From an uncultured Alphaproteobacteria bacterium (GTDB lineage Bacteria > Pseudomonadota > Alphaproteobacteria > Rhodobacterales > Rhodobacteraceae): DNA of 64,000 bases. The notes beneath the pieces are model-generated. The model saw only the letters and a list, made by a program, of their open reading frames with translations, made no database searches and was not told the DNA's origin. Each line of letters begins with the position of its first letter. Position 1 is the stretch's first letter. This document shows, piece by piece, positions 10,416 to 20,724 of the stretch. The translations under genes were made by a program, and so were the position numbers. The stretch spans positions 39,098 through 103,097 of the forward strand of contig CAWFGJ010000004.1 of the NCBI GenBank assembly GCA_963815355.1, in the 5' to 3' direction.

Positions 10416-11699
10416 TCACTTTCCAATACAAAAACTGGAGAAGATTTCATCCAGCAAGGTTTCCACATCCACGCGGCCCAACAATATCTCTAACGCCCGC
10501 ATCGCATCCCGAAGTTCAATCGAAACCATCTCGGGCAACAGGATCGCATTCACAAGCCGTTCTTGCGCCTTGGTCAACGCAACCAATGCTCGCTCCAATG
10601 CCATTCTCTGACGTTCTCTAATCACGATCCCCGCAGAGGCAGAGATCGACGTAAGCCTAGCCTGAATCGCTTCGACCAGCGCATCCATACCATATCCCGT
10701 CAGCCCTGACACCGCCCCCTTGGCGTCTTGCCGCTCATCGGCCTTGCCAAGCAACACGATGTCGCCGGGCACCGATTCTAACATCAACGATTCTTCAGCA
10801 TGCCGAAGAAGAAAAATACGCATATCTGCGGCGCGCGCGCGTGTAAGAGCCCGGTCAACTCCCATACGCTCAATACGATCAGCGGACTCTCTCAGCCCCG
10901 CAGTATCCAGCACAGTCACAGCCAAGCCGCCAAGGTCCAGCCGTACCTCAATGACATCGCGAGTTGTCCCCGCTATGTCTGAGGTAATTGCTGCCTCCCT
11001 GCCAGCTAAAGCATTAAGAAGCGTAGATTTTCCGGCGTTGGGCGCACCAACAATGGCCACTTCAAACCCGTCTCGAATCCGCTCTGCTGCCTTGGCGCCG
11101 CGCAACTCGCGCGACAACTCCTCGATAAGGTTGGAAATCAAACCGCCGACCTCAGGACGGACATCCACGGGCACTTCCTCGTCGGCAAAATCGATGGTGG
11201 CCTCGATCAACGCCGCAGCCCTTACCAGATCTCGCCGCCATGCCTCGACGCGTTGTCCAACCGCACCAGACAGCACCCGAAGCGCCTGACGCCGCTGTGC
11301 TTCCGTTTCTGCGTCAATCAGATCGGCCAGACCTTCAACCTGAGTCAGGTCAAGACAACCGTTTTCCAGCGCACGACGCGTGAACTCACCTGGCTCAGCC
11401 AACCGCAACCCTTCGATGGAACCAAGCGCGCGCATGACCGCAGAGACAACAGCCGTGCTGCCATGAAGGTGAAGCTCCGCACTTTCTTCGCCAGTGAAAC
11501 TCGCGCCCTCGGCAAAAATCAAGACGACCGCATCATCCAGAATCTCACCGTCCCAGCGCAGCTTTCTGAGTGCAGCGTACCGCAAGGGTGGCAAACTACA
11601 AAACTGCGCTACGGCACGATGTGCGCCTGCCCCAGACAGCCGCAAAACAGAAACGCCTGCCTTGCCCCTGGCGCTTGCCAAGGCAAAAATCACATCCAT
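10416..11699 (-). CDS. mnmE: tRNA modification GTPase MnmE (TrmE)
   Basis: G1 motif [14 protein letters not shown] and a C-terminal CIGK tetrapeptide. Confidence 0.95.
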   Translation of the reverse strand: MDVIFALASARGKAGVSVLRLSGAGAHRAVAQFCSLPPLRYAALRKLRWDGEILDDAVVLIFAEGASFTGEESAELHLHGSTAVVSAVMRALGSIEGLRLAEPGEFTRRALENGCLDLTQVEGLADLIDAETEAQRRQALRVLSGAVGQRVEAWRRDLVRAAALIEATIDFADEEVPVDVRPEVGGLISNLIEELSRELRGAKAAERIRDGFEVAIVGAPNAGKSTLLNALAGREAAITSDIAGTTRDVIEVRLDLGGLAVTVLDTAGLRESADRIERMGVDRALTRARAADMRIFLLRHAEESLMLESVPGDIVLLGKADERQDAKGAVSGLTGYGMDALVEAIQARLTSISASAGIVIRERQRMALERALVALTKAQERLVNAILLPEMVSIELRDAMRALEILLGRVDVETLLDEIFSSFCIGK

Positions 11700-11745
11700 T
11701 TCACTCTTGCCCCGAAAACCGGATCCGCGCCCGCCAAGCCTTGCG

Positions 11746-13017
11746 TCAGGCGTTCATCGAATCGAAGAACTCGCTGTTGGACTTGGTCTGCTTCAACTTT
11801 CCGATCAGGAATTCGATCGCGTCGGTTGTGCCCATCGGGTTAAGTATCCGCCGAAGAACATACGTTTTCTGCAGATCGATCTTCTCAACCAGCAGATCTT
11901 CTTTCCGCGTTCCGGACTTGAGAATATCGATCGCCGGGAACACGCGCTTGTCCGCAACCTTACGATCCAGCACAATTTCCGAGTTACCGGTACCTTTGAA
12001 TTCTTCAAAGATCACTTCGTCCATCCGGCTACCGGTATCGATCAAAGCCGTGGCGATGATCGTCAGTGACCCTCCCTCTTCGATGTTACGCGCGGCGCCG
12101 AAGAACCGCTTCGGCCGCTGCAGCGCGTTAGCATCGACCCCACCCGTCAGAACCTTGCCCGAAGACGGAACAACGGTATTGAACGCGCGCCCCAGTCGCG
12201 TGATGCTATCCAACAGGATAACCACATCTCGCTTATGCTCGACCAAACGTTTTGCCTTCTCGATCACCATTTCGGCTACTGCGACGTGCCGCGTTGCAGG
12301 CTCGTCAAAGGTCGAAGACACGACCTCCCCCTTCACAGACCGCTGCATATCAGTGACCTCTTCAGGCCGCTCATCGATCAGCAGGACGATCAGATAGCAT
12401 TCAGGATGGTTGGTCGCGATCGAGTGCGCAATATTCTGCAAAAGCACCGTCTTACCCGTCCGTGGTGGTGCAACAATCAAACCGCGTTGGCCTTTTCCGA
12501 TGGGGCAGACCAAATCAATGATTCGCGCCGAACGATCCTTGATCGTTGGATCTTCAACTTCCATCTTCAACCGCTCATCCGGGTAAAGCGGCGTAAGATT
12601 GTCAAAGTGCACCTTGTGGCGCGCCCGCTCCGGATCGTCAAAATTGATTTTCGTGGCCTTGGTCAGGCTGAAGTAGCGCTCATTCTCTCGCGGCGCTTGA
12701 ATCAAGCCCTCGATCGTGTCGCCCGTGCGCAAGCTGAACTGGCGGATCATCTCGGGACTGACGTAGATATCATCCGGACCCGAAAGGTAGTTCGCAGAGG
12801 TAGACCGCAAGAACCCGAAGCCGTCCTGTAGAACCTCCAGAACCCCGTCGCCGCCAATTTCCCAGCCTTCTTCCGCATGCTCTTTCAAGATCGAGAACAT
12901 CATCTCGCCCTTGCGCATCGACGGCGCGTTATCAATCTCCCATTCCTCAGCCATAGCCAGCAGTTCTGCTGGCGTCTTGGCTTTCAGGTCGGCGAGATTC
13001 AAATGTTCGACAGTCAT
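11746..13017 (-). CDS. rho: Transcription termination factor Rho
   Basis: N-terminal RNA-binding domain (GFGFLR) and Walker A APPRTGKT, at canonical length. Confidence 0.97.
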   Translation of the reverse strand: MTVEHLNLADLKAKTPAELLAMAEEWEIDNAPSMRKGEMMFSILKEHAEEGWEIGGDGVLEVLQDGFGFLRSTSANYLSGPDDIYVSPEMIRQFSLRTGDTIEGLIQAPRENERYFSLTKATKINFDDPERARHKVHFDNLTPLYPDERLKMEVEDPTIKDRSARIIDLVCPIGKGQRGLIVAPPRTGKTVLLQNIAHSIATNHPECYLIVLLIDERPEEVTDMQRSVKGEVVSSTFDEPATRHVAVAEMVIEKAKRLVEHKRDVVILLDSITRLGRAFNTVVPSSGKVLTGGVDANALQRPKRFFGAARNIEEGGSLTIIATALIDTGSRMDEVIFEEFKGTGNSEIVLDRKVADKRVFPAIDILKSGTRKEDLLVEKIDLQKTYVLRRILNPMGTTDAIEFLIGKLKQTKSNSEFFDSMNA

Positions 13018-13140
13018 GGGGAAGAAATCCTCGAGAGCGCCGGTGAGGCCCGCTCAATCAACAATAGGTCAGGAAAGCGGTTCGAACCGGACGGTCCCCG
13101 CCGCTTCGCTCCTAAGCCCCAACAACCTTCGAGTCAAGTT

Positions 13141-13590
13141 TCAGAACTTCACGATGACTGAAAGCACGATAACAATCATCAAAACGGTCGGAACCTCGTT
13201 CATCATACGATAGGTTCGTCCGCTGCGCAGATTCCGGCCCTCTAAGAAATCTTTGCGCCGCCAGCCCAACCAATGATGAAACCATGTCATCCCCAGAACC
13301 GAGGCACCTTTAGTCCAAGGCCAAACCATCGACCAGTCCACAAGACCAGGTATGAACACCAGACCCAAACCAAACACCCAAGTCCCGATGCTGGCCGGAT
13401 TGATGATGGCCTTCAGCAACCGTCGCTCCATAACCTGGAACATTTGCTCGGTCGCAGAACCCTTCTCCACTTGTTCAGCATGATAAACATATAGCCTCGG
13501 CAAGTAGAACAAACCCGCCATCCACGCGATCACTGAGATCACATGCAAAGCCTTGATCCAAAGATACCAGTCACTCAGAAAATCAGTCAT
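13141..13590 (-). CDS. hemJ: Protoporphyrinogen IX oxidase HemJ family membrane protein
   Basis: 149 aa with about four TM helices and the HemJ signature WIKALHVISVIAWMAGLFYLPRLYVYH. GGGAGA precedes the ATG. Confidence 0.82.
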   Translation of the reverse strand: MTDFLSDWYLWIKALHVISVIAWMAGLFYLPRLYVYHAEQVEKGSATEQMFQVMERRLLKAIINPASIGTWVFGLGLVFIPGLVDWSMVWPWTKGASVLGMTWFHHWLGWRRKDFLEGRNLRSGRTYRMMNEVPTVLMIVIVLSVIVKF

Positions 13591-14014
13591 CTCAGTCTCC
13601 CTTTCTTACTTCTTAAAGAAAAAGAGTCTGAAAGATAGTAGATGATGTAAGGGCTGAGGATAACAGAATTGTCCATTTGACCCACAGAGTTTTCCCTCGG
13701 CCCTTGTCGATGGAAAACTGACCTAGACCAAGGGACAACGTGATAGCGATCAAGAAAAACATATTTATATCAGCAATTTACAGCCATGTGTGTTTCTTAC
13801 GACTTGTCCACAGCCTGTGGGCAGCGCACAGTTCCCCAGCTGTAATGATCAGTTGTCCACCTGTGGGTGAGTTGAACTGGTTGCCCTTGAAATACCCCCT
13901 CTTTCCACAGACGCCCTGCGATGCCATTCTGCCCCCACGCTTAAGCCTCGGTCATGCCCAGAGAACATAAGCAGACTATCCACAGCGACACTTTGACCCG
14001 AACCGACGAGTTTC
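13591..14014. other. oriC: Candidate chromosomal replication origin (oriC)
   Basis: Gene-free gap with five same-orientation DnaA-box-like 9-mers (consensus TTATCCACA): TGACCCACA 13678-13686, TTGTCCACA 13804-13812, TTGTCCACC 13853-13861, CTTTCCACA 13901-13909 and CTATCCACA 13976-13984. AT-rich tracts lie at about 13600-13680 and 13750-13800. Gene orientation flips at this gap. The flanking genes (rho/heme gene on one side, maf-aroE-coaE-dnaQ on the other) match the Caulobacter Cori neighbourhood. Confidence 0.8.
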
Positions 14015-14632
14015 ATGCCCAACGACCGCTCCCAGCATCGCCCTCTCATACTTGCCTCTGCATCGCAGGTGCGCCTGACGCTTCTACGGGCGGCGGGCCT
14101 GCACGCCACGGCTGTGCCAGCCCGTATTGATGAGGAAGCTGTTCGCGGCAGCCTCACAGCGGCATCCGCTTCTCCCCGCGACATTGCTGATGCACTTGCG
14201 GAAATGAAGGCACGCAAGGTGGCCGATAGGCACCCAGAGGCACTGGTCCTTGGCTGTGATCAGGTACTTGCCTTTCATGACCAGATTTTTGGCAAGCCAG
14301 AAACCCGGGCTGATGCCACCGCTCAACTGCGAACACTCCGTGGCCAGACGCATAAACTTCTTTCTGCCGTTGTGCTTTACGACGCGGCCAAACCTGTTTG
14401 GCGGCACGTATCCGAGGCGCGTTTGACCATGCACAATTTTTCCGACACCTACCTGGACGGCTATGTTGATCGAAACTGGCCGGCAATTTCGGCCTCTGTC
14501 GGTGGCTATTTGCTTGAAGCAGAGGGAGTTCGGCTGTTCTCCGCAGTCGAAGGGGACTACTTTACCATTCTGGGGCTACCGTTGCTGCCCTTGCTTTCTT
14601 ATCTTGGCCTCAGAGGCTTTATTGAAACATGA
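14015..14632 (+). CDS. maf: Maf-like nucleoside triphosphate pyrophosphatase
   Basis: Maf family N terminus [14 protein letters not shown]. Its stop overlaps the aroE start (ATGA). Confidence 0.87.
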   Translation: MPNDRSQHRPLILASASQVRLTLLRAAGLHATAVPARIDEEAVRGSLTAASASPRDIADALAEMKARKVADRHPEALVLGCDQVLAFHDQIFGKPETRADATAQLRTLRGQTHKLLSAVVLYDAAKPVWRHVSEARLTMHNFSDTYLDGYVDRNWPAISASVGGYLLEAEGVRLFSAVEGDYFTILGLPLLPLLSYLGLRGFIET

Positions 14633-15468
14633 CAGACCTGCCGCGTATTCCCCTCGCTGGCGTTATCGGCCATCCGATTGCCCATAGCCGCTCACCCGCG
14701 TTGCATGGCTATTGGTTGCGGCGCTATGGAATTAAGGGGCATTACATCCCGATGGACGTGGCACCCCCGGATCTAAAGCAAGCGTTGGAAATGCTGCCGA
14801 AACTTGGTTTCGTGGGCATCAATGTGACCACGCCGCATAAGGAAGAGGTGCTGAAGCTAGCCGATATCATCACCGATCGCGCTGTCCTGATTGGTGCGGC
14901 CAACACGCTTATCTTCCGCAAGGATGGTCGCATCCATGCCGACAACACCGATGGCGCGGGCTTTATGGCCAACTTGCGCCAGAACGCCCCCGACTGGAAT
15001 CCTGCCCAAGGGCCCGCTGCCGTATTTGGCGCGGGTGGGGCCGCCCGTGCCGTGATTGCTGCCTTGCTTGAGGTTGGCGTTCCCGAAATTCGGCTTTCCA
15101 ACCGTAGTCGCCCCCGCGCCGAAGTGCTGCGCTCTGATTTTGGGGCCAAGGTTCAGGTCGTTGACTGGGTTAATGCCCCAAATATGCTCGAAGGCGCGAC
15201 CACTGTTGTGAACACGACCTCGCTTGGAATGGCCGGAAAACCGGAGTTTCGCGTGCCCCTTGATGCGCTGGAACCAGATGCTCTGGTTACAGATCTTGTC
15301 TACAACCCATTGAAAACGCAATTTCTTTTGGAGGCAGGCGCTAAAGGCTGCACCGTTGTGGATGGCTTGGGAATGCTGCTGCATCAAGCGGTTCCCGGCT
15401 TTGAGCGGTGGTTCGATCACCGCCCAGAGGTTGACGATGCGACGCGTGACGCGGTTCTGGGCGCATGA
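14629..15468 (+). CDS. aroE: Shikimate 5-dehydrogenase
   Basis: [10 protein letters not shown] substrate motif and [13 protein letters not shown] motif. Confidence 0.9.
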   Translation: MTDLPRIPLAGVIGHPIAHSRSPALHGYWLRRYGIKGHYIPMDVAPPDLKQALEMLPKLGFVGINVTTPHKEEVLKLADIITDRAVLIGAANTLIFRKDGRIHADNTDGAGFMANLRQNAPDWNPAQGPAAVFGAGGAARAVIAALLEVGVPEIRLSNRSRPRAEVLRSDFGAKVQVVDWVNAPNMLEGATTVVNTTSLGMAGKPEFRVPLDALEPDALVTDLVYNPLKTQFLLEAGAKGCTVVDGLGMLLHQAVPGFERWFDHRPEVDDATRDAVLGA

Positions 15469-16061
15469 GCTTTCGGCTTGGCCTTACCGGTTCCATTGGC
15501 ATGGGCAAGTCCACGACTGCCCAGCTTTTTGCGGCCGAGGGCATTCCGGTCTGGGACGCAGACGCTACCGTCCATTACCTTTACAGCGCGGGCGAACCAG
15601 CAGCCCTAGCGGTGGCAGAGCTTTTCCCGCTGGCCATAAACGTGGACGGTTCTGTAAACCGTGCCCACCTACGCGCCCTGATTGCCAAAGATCCCGCCTT
15701 ACTCGACCGGCTGAACGCCGCCGTTCATCCGCTTGTTGCGGCCAACCGGGCGCTGTTTTTGAAGGCTCATGCAGAGGCACCTGTCGTGTTGCTCGACATC
15801 CCCCTGTTGTATGAGACCTGCGCGCAGACCCAAGTTGATGCCGTGGTCGTTGTCTCCGCCCCACCCGAAGTGCAGCGGGATCGCGTTCTGGCGCGAGGGA
15901 TGACCGAGACAGAGTTTCGCGCGATCCTCGGGCGACAAATGCCAAATTCTGAAAAGCGCGCCCTTGCCCGTTGGGTGATCGAAACCACCACGGTAGAGGC
16001 TGCCCGCGATGCCGTCCGCCGGATCCTGACCGAGATCAAGGAAAGCCCTCGCCATGCGTGA
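15465..16061 (+). CDS. coaE: Dephospho-CoA kinase
   Basis: P-loop GLTGSIGMGKST. The start overlaps the aroE stop. Confidence 0.9.
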   Translation: MSFRLGLTGSIGMGKSTTAQLFAAEGIPVWDADATVHYLYSAGEPAALAVAELFPLAINVDGSVNRAHLRALIAKDPALLDRLNAAVHPLVAANRALFLKAHAEAPVVLLDIPLLYETCAQTQVDAVVVVSAPPEVQRDRVLARGMTETEFRAILGRQMPNSEKRALARWVIETTTVEAARDAVRRILTEIKESPRHA

Positions 16062-16755
16062 AATAGTCCTCGACACTGAAACCACGGGCTTTGACCCAAC
16101 CCAAGGGGACCGGATCGTCGAAATCGGCGCAGTGGAATTGTTCAACCATTTGCCCACCGGTAAAACCTACCATCAATACATCAACCCCGAACGTTCGATG
16201 CCCAAAGACGCGTTTGAAGTACACGGTCTAGGCGACGAATTTCTGCGCGATAAACCCCTGTTTCGCGCCATCGGCAAAGCGTTTCTGGACTTCGTTGGCG
16301 AGTCGCAGCTCGTCATTCACAACGCCGCTTTTGATATGAAATTCCTGAACCATGAGCTTAAGGCCGCAGGGCTTCCAACAATCCCGTGGCCGCGCGCGAC
16401 CGATACGTTGATGATTGCCAGGTCGAAATTTCCCGGCTCGCCAGCGTCATTGGATGCGCTTTGTCGCCGCTTTGGCATCGACAACTCACGCCGCGAAAAG
16501 CACGGTGCCTTGCTTGACAGCGAGATTTTGGCCGAGGTCTATCTTGAACTCGTAGGCGGACGGCAGCCGGATTTTGCGCTAGCCTCAACGACCGAGACGC
16601 GCGCCAGCAAGACCCAGACGGATATCGAGCCAGATTGGCGCCCAAGGCCGCGCCCGGTTCCGCTCGCCACGCGCCTTTCTGAAGCGGAAGGTGCGGCACA
16701 TGCCGCTTTTGTCGCCAAACTTGGCGATAGTGCGATTTGGAAGAAGCGAAGCTGA
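16054..16755 (+). CDS. dnaQ: DNA polymerase III epsilon subunit (3'-5' exonuclease)
   Basis: Exo I VLDTETTG, Exo II HNAAFDMKFL and Exo III HGALLDSEILAEVY motifs. Confidence 0.92.
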   Translation: MREIVLDTETTGFDPTQGDRIVEIGAVELFNHLPTGKTYHQYINPERSMPKDAFEVHGLGDEFLRDKPLFRAIGKAFLDFVGESQLVIHNAAFDMKFLNHELKAAGLPTIPWPRATDTLMIARSKFPGSPASLDALCRRFGIDNSRREKHGALLDSEILAEVYLELVGGRQPDFALASTTETRASKTQTDIEPDWRPRPRPVPLATRLSEAEGAAHAAFVAKLGDSAIWKKRS

Positions 16756-16768
16756 TCCCCAATTGAAA

Positions 16769-16792
16769 AGGCCGGCCCCGAAAGGCCGGCCT
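16769..16792. terminator. Hairpin between convergent dnaQ and secB (likely intrinsic terminator, best on the minus strand)
   Basis: aGGCCGGCC-ccgaaa-GGCCGGCCt. On the minus strand the stem is followed by TTTTC. Confidence 0.55.
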
Positions 16793-16809
16793 CAAACCAA
16801 TTGGGTTGG

Positions 16810-17295
16810 TCAGTTGGGCTGCGCTTGAGCCGCTTGCGCCTGCGCACGACGCGCCAGTTCCTGCCGATACAGGGCCAAGAAATCCACCGTGTCGATGTTC
16901 AGGGGCGGGAATCCACCGTCGCGAGTCACGTCAGAGATGATGCGGCGCACAAACGGGAACAGCATCCGGGGGCACTCGATCAACAGGAACGGGTGAAGCT
17001 GATCTTCAGGCACGCCATCGACGAGGAAAATTCCGCCGTAATCCAATTCCATCAGGAACAAGGTGTCACCGGTGGCCTTGTTTTTCGAGGTCACCTTGAA
17101 CTTGGTGATCACGTCATACTGGCTTTCCACGCCGCGCTTGCGGGCGTCGAGGCTGACAGCCACCTGAATGTCGGGCTGAACCTCTGCTCCATTCAAACCT
17201 TTTTGCGCAACCACGTTCTCAAAGGACATGTCACGCACGAATTGTGCCAGCACTTGCATCCGCACTTGCGGCGCGCTGCCGTTTTCCTCGGCCAT
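16810..17295 (-). CDS. secB: Protein-export chaperone SecB
   Basis: QVLAQFVRDMSFEN and LIECPRMLFPFVRRIISD are typical SecB sequences. The ATG at 17295 lies 8 nt after GAGGAG. Confidence 0.9.
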   Translation of the reverse strand: MAEENGSAPQVRMQVLAQFVRDMSFENVVAQKGLNGAEVQPDIQVAVSLDARKRGVESQYDVITKFKVTSKNKATGDTLFLMELDYGGIFLVDGVPEDQLHPFLLIECPRMLFPFVRRIISDVTRDGGFPPLNIDTVDFLALYRQELARRAQAQAAQAQPN

Positions 17296-17353
17296 CCCAC
17301 TCACTCCTCATGTTCTCGGGTTGCGCCGTTCCTAGCAGGAAGGCGCGCGGCGC

Positions 17354-17833
17354 TCAATGCCGCGTCCATCCAGAAGGGGGCCGGATTTGGTCCTGTTCGG
17401 GCCGTATTTCGGAATAATCGCCGTCGAACACGTCCCCGCCCCCGGCCTCAGAACGCCAAGTGGCCCGTTGTCCTGGGCTGGTTTTGTTGCGCACAAACCG
17501 CTCGAGCAAGTGGATGAGCCCAACGCGCACCGGCGGGATCAGCAGCAACAGCCCGAGAGCGTCGCCGATCAGCCCGGGCATAATCAGTAATATGCCTGCC
17601 AAGGCGATCATGCCGCCATGTGCCAGCTGTTCGATTGATTGCAAAATGGTCATGCGCTCGCGCGGCATGGCGCGCAACGTAGCCATCCCCCGTCCACGGA
17701 TAAGCAAACCTCCGCCGATCGCGCTGCCAATCACCACGACCAGCACGCCCCAGACCCCAATCCAGCCACCAACCACGACAAATGCCGCGATTTCTGCCAA
17801 GATCCACGCCAGAAACAACCCAAATACCCGCAT
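17354..17833 (-). CDS. fxsA: FxsA family membrane protein
   Basis: MRVFGLFLAWILAEIAAFVVVGGWIG... followed by LIMPGLIGDALGLLLLIPPVR, the FxsA pattern. Start taken at an internal ATG. Confidence 0.72.
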   Translation of the reverse strand: MRVFGLFLAWILAEIAAFVVVGGWIGVWGVLVVVIGSAIGGGLLIRGRGMATLRAMPRERMTILQSIEQLAHGGMIALAGILLIMPGLIGDALGLLLLIPPVRVGLIHLLERFVRNKTSPGQRATWRSEAGGGDVFDGDYSEIRPEQDQIRPPSGWTRH

Positions 17834-17944
17834 CAACGCCTCCTGACGTCTCATTCTTGGCCCATAGCATAGACTTGGACGGGCCCAGACCCTACATAGG
17901 GGTGAACGGCCCGGATCACCAACCCCCGAGCCAATGAGGCGTGC

Positions 17945-18601
17945 ATGAACTCTATGATCCAGCTCCTTGTTCTGGCCGGTATCGCGGTCTTTTTGGTGCT
18001 TAAGTTGCGCTCTGTCCTTGGCACACGCGAAGGCTTTGAAAAGCCACCTGTGCCGTTAGAGGACGTTACCCCACGCGCAAAACGTCCCTTTGAAGTGATC
18101 GAAGGCGGTCCTGACCGTGACATAGTCGATCATGTGCCCGATGGATCGGATGCGGCAAAGGCGCTTGGCGCTATGAAATTGGCCGAGCCGAGCTTTTCAG
18201 TTACGGAATTTCTGTCTGGCGCGCGCGGCGCCTATGAAATGATTCTGATTGCTTTTGAGCGCGGAGAGCTGGACAGCATTCGCCCATTCCTGTCCGATGA
18301 AGTCGAAGCAACCTTTGCTCAGGCGATCAACGCCCGTGAACGTGAAGGATTGACCGTAAAAGCCGACTTTGGCGGCGTGCGCGAGTTGACCCTCACCGAC
18401 GCTGAATTTGATCGTGAAACCCGGACCGCCGAAATTACGGTGCGGTTTCTGGGTGAACTCACCTCCGTTGTGCGCAACAAGGCGGGTGAGGTCGTTGACG
18501 GATCCGCGACCGATATCAAGCGCCAGCGCGATAGCTGGACCTTCGCACGCCGGATGGGGGTTCAGGACCCGAACTGGCAACTCGTCGCGACCGGGGACTG
18601 A
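17945..18601 (+). CDS. Tim44-like domain protein (alphaproteobacterial, encoded next to secB)
   Basis: N-terminal TM helix followed by a C-terminal Tim44-like domain (FLSGARGAYEMILIAFERGELDSIRPFLSDEV). This secB neighbourhood is conserved. Confidence 0.75.
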   Translation: MNSMIQLLVLAGIAVFLVLKLRSVLGTREGFEKPPVPLEDVTPRAKRPFEVIEGGPDRDIVDHVPDGSDAAKALGAMKLAEPSFSVTEFLSGARGAYEMILIAFERGELDSIRPFLSDEVEATFAQAINAREREGLTVKADFGGVRELTLTDAEFDRETRTAEITVRFLGELTSVVRNKAGEVVDGSATDIKRQRDSWTFARRMGVQDPNWQLVATGD

Positions 18602-18611
18602 TGGTTTTCGG

Positions 18612-19634
18612 ATGCGGGGCCTTCTTCGCCTTTGCCTTGTGGTGCTAAGCATGTCGGCGACCCCCGCCCCTGCCCAGATGTTGGCCTTTGAAGAGCTGGA
18701 CGGCTGGGATGCGGATGACCACCGCGCCGCACTCAGCAGCTTTTTGGCGACCTGTGACACGCTTGATGGCCCCGACTGGGGGCCTCTTTGTCGCTTGGCC
18801 CCCGACGCCGGGGTAAACGATGCCACCGCTCGCGCTTTTTTTGAGCTGTTTTTCAAACCTGTCATGATCGGTTCGCCACCCGCCCTTTTCACCGGTTACT
18901 ACGAGCCTGAGCTTTTGGGCTCTGTCGTCCGAACGCCGCGCTTTGCTTGGCCGATCTATCGCCGCCCGCCGGAACTGGTCGAGGGTCAGGTCTACTACGA
19001 CAGGGCCGCGATCGAAGCGGGGGCATTGCGGGGCCGTGGTCTGGAACTTGCGTGGCTTGAAGACCCGGTTGAGGCATATTTCCTGCAAGTGCAGGGCTCT
19101 GGTCGGATAAAAATGGCCGACGGTCACATCATGCGCGTGGGTTATGCGGGGCGCAACGGCCACGCTTATCGCTCCGTTGGTAAGGAAATGGTCCGGCGCG
19201 GTACGCACACACCTGATCAGGTTTCGGCGCAAGAAATCCGCGCTTGGGTCAAGCGCAGCGGGCAGGCGGGCAGCGACATGCTCAACATCAATCCCTCATA
19301 TGTGTTTTTCCGAAAGCTTGAGGATCTGCCCGCCAATCTAGGCCCGATTGGCGCGATGGGCCGATCCATAACCACTTTGCGCTCAGTCGCGATTGATCCG
19401 GATTTTACCCCATTGGGCGCGCCCGTCTGGATCGAGAAAGACGGAGCCGACCCGATCCGCGCCTTGATGGTTGCCCAAGACACCGGCGGAGCGATCAAGG
19501 GGCCGCAACGGGCGGATATCTTCTACGGTACCGGCAGTGCGGCCGGCAATGCGGCAGGAACGGTCAAGGACGGCGGTCGTATGATCGTACTGCTGCCCAT
19601 TGACCGTGCCTACGCGCTGTTGCCAGAGGGTTAA
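18612..19634 (+). CDS. mltA: Membrane-bound lytic murein transglycosylase A
   Basis: A signal peptide (MRGLLRLCLVVLSMSATPAPA) is followed by MltA/3D domain motifs (YFLQVQGSGR, DTGGAIKGPQRADIFYG). The ATG at 18612 lies after the upstream gene's stop. Confidence 0.85.
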   Translation: MRGLLRLCLVVLSMSATPAPAQMLAFEELDGWDADDHRAALSSFLATCDTLDGPDWGPLCRLAPDAGVNDATARAFFELFFKPVMIGSPPALFTGYYEPELLGSVVRTPRFAWPIYRRPPELVEGQVYYDRAAIEAGALRGRGLELAWLEDPVEAYFLQVQGSGRIKMADGHIMRVGYAGRNGHAYRSVGKEMVRRGTHTPDQVSAQEIRAWVKRSGQAGSDMLNINPSYVFFRKLEDLPANLGPIGAMGRSITTLRSVAIDPDFTPLGAPVWIEKDGADPIRALMVAQDTGGAIKGPQRADIFYGTGSAAGNAAGTVKDGGRMIVLLPIDRAYALLPEG

Positions 19635-19636
19635 CC

Positions 19637-20227
19637 ATGGCGCGTCGCCGCACCTTACGCCCTGAGGAAGAAGAACTTTGGCACGCCGTCGCGCGCAGCA
19701 CCCGGCCGTTCAAGGGTCGGGGCCGTCTTGCACTGCCCGAGGCGCCCCTCCAACAGCATCCACCGGCGCCTGAGACCGTCGCTAAACCGCGTTTGCCCGT
19801 GTTCAAACTCGGCGAACGCGCACGGACAGAAACTGTCCATCACCTTGCGCCCAGCCTGACACAAAGTCTTGCCGCAGCACCGCTGCAAATGGACGCAAAG
19901 ACCCACGGCAAAATGACCCGCGGCAAGATCCTGCCCGAGGCGCGGCTGGACCTGCATGGCATGACATTGGCCGAGGCGCATCCTGAACTGATCCGTTTTG
20001 TGCTCAATTCCCAAAGCGCTGGGCTGCGTTTGGTCCTTATCATCACGGGTAAAGGCAAGCGAGGGCATGACGTTGGCCCGATCCCGCAACGCATCGGGGC
20101 GCTGCGCCACCAAGTGCCGCAATGGCTGCGCCTGGCACCGCTCGGCCCTGCCGTTTTGCAAGTGACCGAAGCGCACCTAAAACACGGCGGGTCCGGCGCC
20201 TATTATGTTTATCTGCGCCGGCGCTAA
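19637..20227 (+). CDS. Smr domain-containing protein
   Basis: C-terminal Smr domain: LDLHGMTLAEAH...LVLIITGKGKRG...GGSGAYYVYLRR. Confidence 0.75.
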   Translation: MARRRTLRPEEEELWHAVARSTRPFKGRGRLALPEAPLQQHPPAPETVAKPRLPVFKLGERARTETVHHLAPSLTQSLAAAPLQMDAKTHGKMTRGKILPEARLDLHGMTLAEAHPELIRFVLNSQSAGLRLVLIITGKGKRGHDVGPIPQRIGALRHQVPQWLRLAPLGPAVLQVTEAHLKHGGSGAYYVYLRRR

Positions 20228-20265
20228 AAAGTTGAACCCCCGCGGATGCAAGGTATTGATCCTCC

Positions 20266-20664
20266 ATGACCGACCCGCAAACCCAACTCATTCCGGCAGC
20301 AAGATTCCGCCTTCGGATTCAATTCGGGGATGACGCGATGCTTGGTCCCGGCAAGGCAGAACTGCTGGAACGAATCCGCGATACCGGCTCTATTTCGTCG
20401 GCGGGCCGCGCGATGGGGATGAGCTACAAACGCGCGTGGATGCTCGTGGAGGAGATGAACACTGCCTTCACCGACCCGTTGATTTTGAGCGTGCGGGGTG
20501 GCGCGGGCGGCGGCGGGGCACAGCTGACCGAGGTCGGGCGAAAAGTGCTGCACCATTACCGCGCGGTCGAGGCAGCGGCCATTGCCGCCGCAAAGGCAGA
20601 CGTCGTCGCCTTGCAGGACTTGCTGCGCCCCGCGGCCAAAACGGACGCGCGCCAGCCGAAATAA
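20266..20664 (+). CDS. ModE-family winged-helix regulator, N-terminal DNA-binding domain only (no Mop domains)
   Basis: GPGKAELLERIRDTGSISSAGRAMGMSYKRAWMLVEEMN matches the ModE N-terminal HTH. The product is 132 aa and the gene sits directly upstream of modABC. Confidence 0.72.
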   Translation: MTDPQTQLIPAARFRLRIQFGDDAMLGPGKAELLERIRDTGSISSAGRAMGMSYKRAWMLVEEMNTAFTDPLILSVRGGAGGGGAQLTEVGRKVLHHYRAVEAAAIAAAKADVVALQDLLRPAAKTDARQPK

Positions 20665-20690
20665 CACTTGCCCCCCATCAGGTTCACAGT

Positions 20691-20712
20691 GATATGTTTT
20701 GCCAAACATAAC
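20691..20712. promoter_or_regulatory. Inverted repeat upstream of modA (candidate Mo-box operator)
   Basis: GATATGTTT-tgcc-AAACATAAC. The arms are complementary at 8 of 9 positions. The repeat ends 12 nt before the modA ATG. Confidence 0.45.
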
Positions 20713-20724
20713 GGTGGTGAATTC

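Noticed and set aside
13591-14014. CtrA boxes or GANTC clusters in the origin gap (Caulobacter-style cell-cycle control)
   Set aside because: There is no TTAA-N7-TTAA in the gap and I noticed only a single GAGTC. This is consistent with Rhodobacterales, where CtrA is not known to bind the origin.
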